A model generated the notes under the pieces. The model was not told the origin of the DNA. It saw only the letters and a program-made list of their open reading frames with translations, and did no database searches. A DNA stretch of 62,169 bases, the filler included, from Rhabdomonas costata (taxonomy: Eukaryota): assembly GCA_019059605.1 (NCBI GenBank). It is 27 parts of 27 records of this genome, joined end to end, with 100 filler letters (N's around TTAATTAATTAA, not from the genome) between each part and the next. Parts side by side here need not be neighbours in the genome. Positions count along the whole stretch, not along the records: positions 59,967 to 62,169 come from JAHMHO010004869.1; 26 more parts are not named here. One strand, given 5' to 3'. Positions 60,274 to 62,169 of this stretch are shown in pieces (the first letter of the stretch is position 1; each line of letters starts with the position of its first letter). Both the position numbers and the translations under genes were made by a program.

Positions 60274-62169
60274 GAGCTGCGAGGGCTGGGGATTGCCAAT
60301 GTGATGGGGGCGCTGTTCAACTGCTACACCACCACGGGGAGCTTCAGCCGCTCTGCGGTGAACTTCGCCGCTGGGGCGCAGACCCCGCTCAGCTGCCTGG
60401 TCTCTGGCTCCCTGGTGTTGATCGTGCTGACCGCGCTGACCCCGTACCTCACCAACATGCCGCAGAACGTACAAGGTGTGATTGTATTTTGGGGTTGCAA
60501 GGATGGCGAAGAATTACCAAAAATCACAAAAAGGAATAACCGCAGCAGGTCGACAACCTGTTGGAAGGAAGGTTCGGTTCTTTTGCAGTTGTGCAGGCAA
60601 CCATAAAGCAAGTTGTCTGACTGCTTGCTGGCTGCCGACTGACTGGTTGCACGAGGTGTAGACCAAGAGCGTTTTTAAGCGCAAGGTCGAAAGAGGGACC
60701 CGGATTATCGAGCCAAGTTACCTACTGTTGCGTGCTGTTTTTTGGACGGGTGGGCAAGCGCTGGGTTCAGTGAGGTAGGGGCAATCTTCCCCCTTCTATC
60801 AGGCGCAGTGGTGATCACTGGGGTGCTGGGCATCTTTGAGTTCCACGAGGCTTACTTCCTGTGGAACGTGCACAAATTCGACTTCATGGTCTGCATAGGA
60901 TTTTTGTGTGATGGCTTTTGCTTTTTGGGGCGGGGTCTCGAACAGGTGCGGTAGTGTAATCCCTGCCCAGCTGCAACTCCCCCTGTGCACGTGTTGGTGA
61001 GGACTAGTTATGCTGTCAGAGGATGGTCGGGGTTAGGGTTAGGGGGTTCAAGGTTATCTTCTTCGCTGCTGTGACAGACGATGCATGCAAGTCTCCCAAC
61101 ACGCCCTTGAGGAAAGCAAAAGGAGCGCCCTGGGCAGCGACCAAGAATGGGATTGTTGTGCGCACGTGATGAGCAGGAAAGCGGTTCTTTCCTCGTCACC
61201 AAAGGTAAACAAAGCAACACCTGTGGGGTCACTACCTCACAGGTGCTACAACCAACAGGCGGACTTACCATTGTGGGGAGGTTCCTTTTTGGGGTATTGG
61301 CTTCCCCTTGATAGGTCTGGCTGGTGGCCTGGCTGTGCACAATGTTCCTGGGAGTGGAGCTGGGCATCGGGTTCGCTGTGATGTCCTCCGTGCTGCTGTT
61401 GCTTGTGCACACCGTGTTCCCTGTGGTGCGGGTGATGGGGCGGCTTCCGGGCACCACGATGTACCGCGCCATCTCGCAATACGGGGAGGCCCGCGTGGTG
61501 CCCGGGGTGCTCATCGTGCGCCTGGACAGCCCGCTGTACTTCGCCAACGTGAACCACCTGAAGGACAGGTGCTTGAGGCGGGGAGGACAAATATATGGAT
61601 GGCTGCCGCTAAAGTAGCGTCCATCGTTCGGTCTTCTGTGGGTGGCAACGCATGCTTTGGTCAACGGCTGCGTTTGGGGTGAGCCCAGTGGTGATGCGCG
61701 TGCTGTGGGAGAGATCCATATAATCGCAAACAAGCATTTGATTGTTGGGAGTCAGCATGGGGCCAAGCAGTCCACATCCACAACGCTCTCTCTCTTCATT
61801 CAGTTCTGATGGCTTTCTTGTTTGTTCGTTTTTTGAGAAGCGGAAGCTTGAGCTTGAACTTGAGCCCACCCATGCCATCCTTCAAAGTCAACAAGCCTGT
61901 GGCCTCGGTCATGACAAACAGCTGCGCAATTGAAACGATCCGGTGGAATAATGCGTGCTCTTCTCGCTGACTTCCCAACTCACCTTTTTCAGGATTCGGC
62001 ATTTCCTTGGGAAGTACGGCGGCGCTGCCGCACGACGATCCTCAAATGTCTCCGTTACCCCTCCCCAGCCCTCCACCCCAACCCCACCGCAGGCCCAATC
62101 CAAAGTGCTGCCGTGGGAGTCCTCCCAGGTCCGGCTCAACAGTGTGCGGGGGCAAAACGTGGAAGGAGG
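60274..62169 (+). CDS. SulP/SLC26 anion transporter with STAS start; exons 60274-60475, 60803-60888, 61315-61568, 61993-end
   Basis: ELRGLGIANVMGALF..TGSFSRSAVN..AGAQT, DFMVW, GVELGIGFAV, MGRLPGTTMYR, PGVLIVRLDSPLYFANV. All introns GT-AG and in phase. Confidence 0.95.

Noticed and set aside
1..62169. An operon-like or defence system formed by RNase HII, YjjX, histidine kinase, SMC and transporter
   Set aside because: Each gene is on a separate, unlinked contig and contains introns; adjacency reflects contig length only.
1..62169. tRNA, rRNA or spliced-leader RNA genes; euglenid non-conventional introns
   Set aside because: None recognised by eye. Non-conventional introns need transcript alignment, so their absence is not established.

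Overview
This window is not one locus. It is 27 unlinked contigs of about 2.2 kb each, joined by 26 artificial 100-nt spacers (N44-TTAATTAATTAA-N44). Most contigs start G/T-rich and end C/A-rich, and five have fold-back ends, which points to a whole-genome-amplified library. The DNA is from an intron-rich eukaryote with GC-rich exons, GT-AG and apparent GC-AG introns, and TTAGGG-like tracts. A euglenid/euglenozoan source is my inference, based on a periplasmic-binding-protein-type receptor ectodomain and the splice-site style. Gene fragments recognised by manual exon joining: GT23/FUT8-like fucosyltransferase, SMC4, RING-HC ligase, YjjX-type ITP/XTPase, F-box/WD40, a Cache-HAMP-HisKA sensor kinase, two CCCH zinc-finger proteins, bacterial-type RNase HII, a polycystin/TRP-like channel, a PBP1 receptor ectodomain and a SulP transporter. 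Mobile DNA: a decayed CRE-like RLE non-LTR retrotransposon, a Ty3/gypsy LTR family with a tRNA-iMet primer-binding site present in two contigs, decayed gypsy RNase H and integrase, and probable hAT/MULE relics. Because neighbouring contigs are unlinked, no multi-gene system can be claimed. The most interesting leads are a channel with a Cys-rich insert, a secreted Cif-like protein, a probable GA-AG intron, and a hairpin element shared between two contigs.
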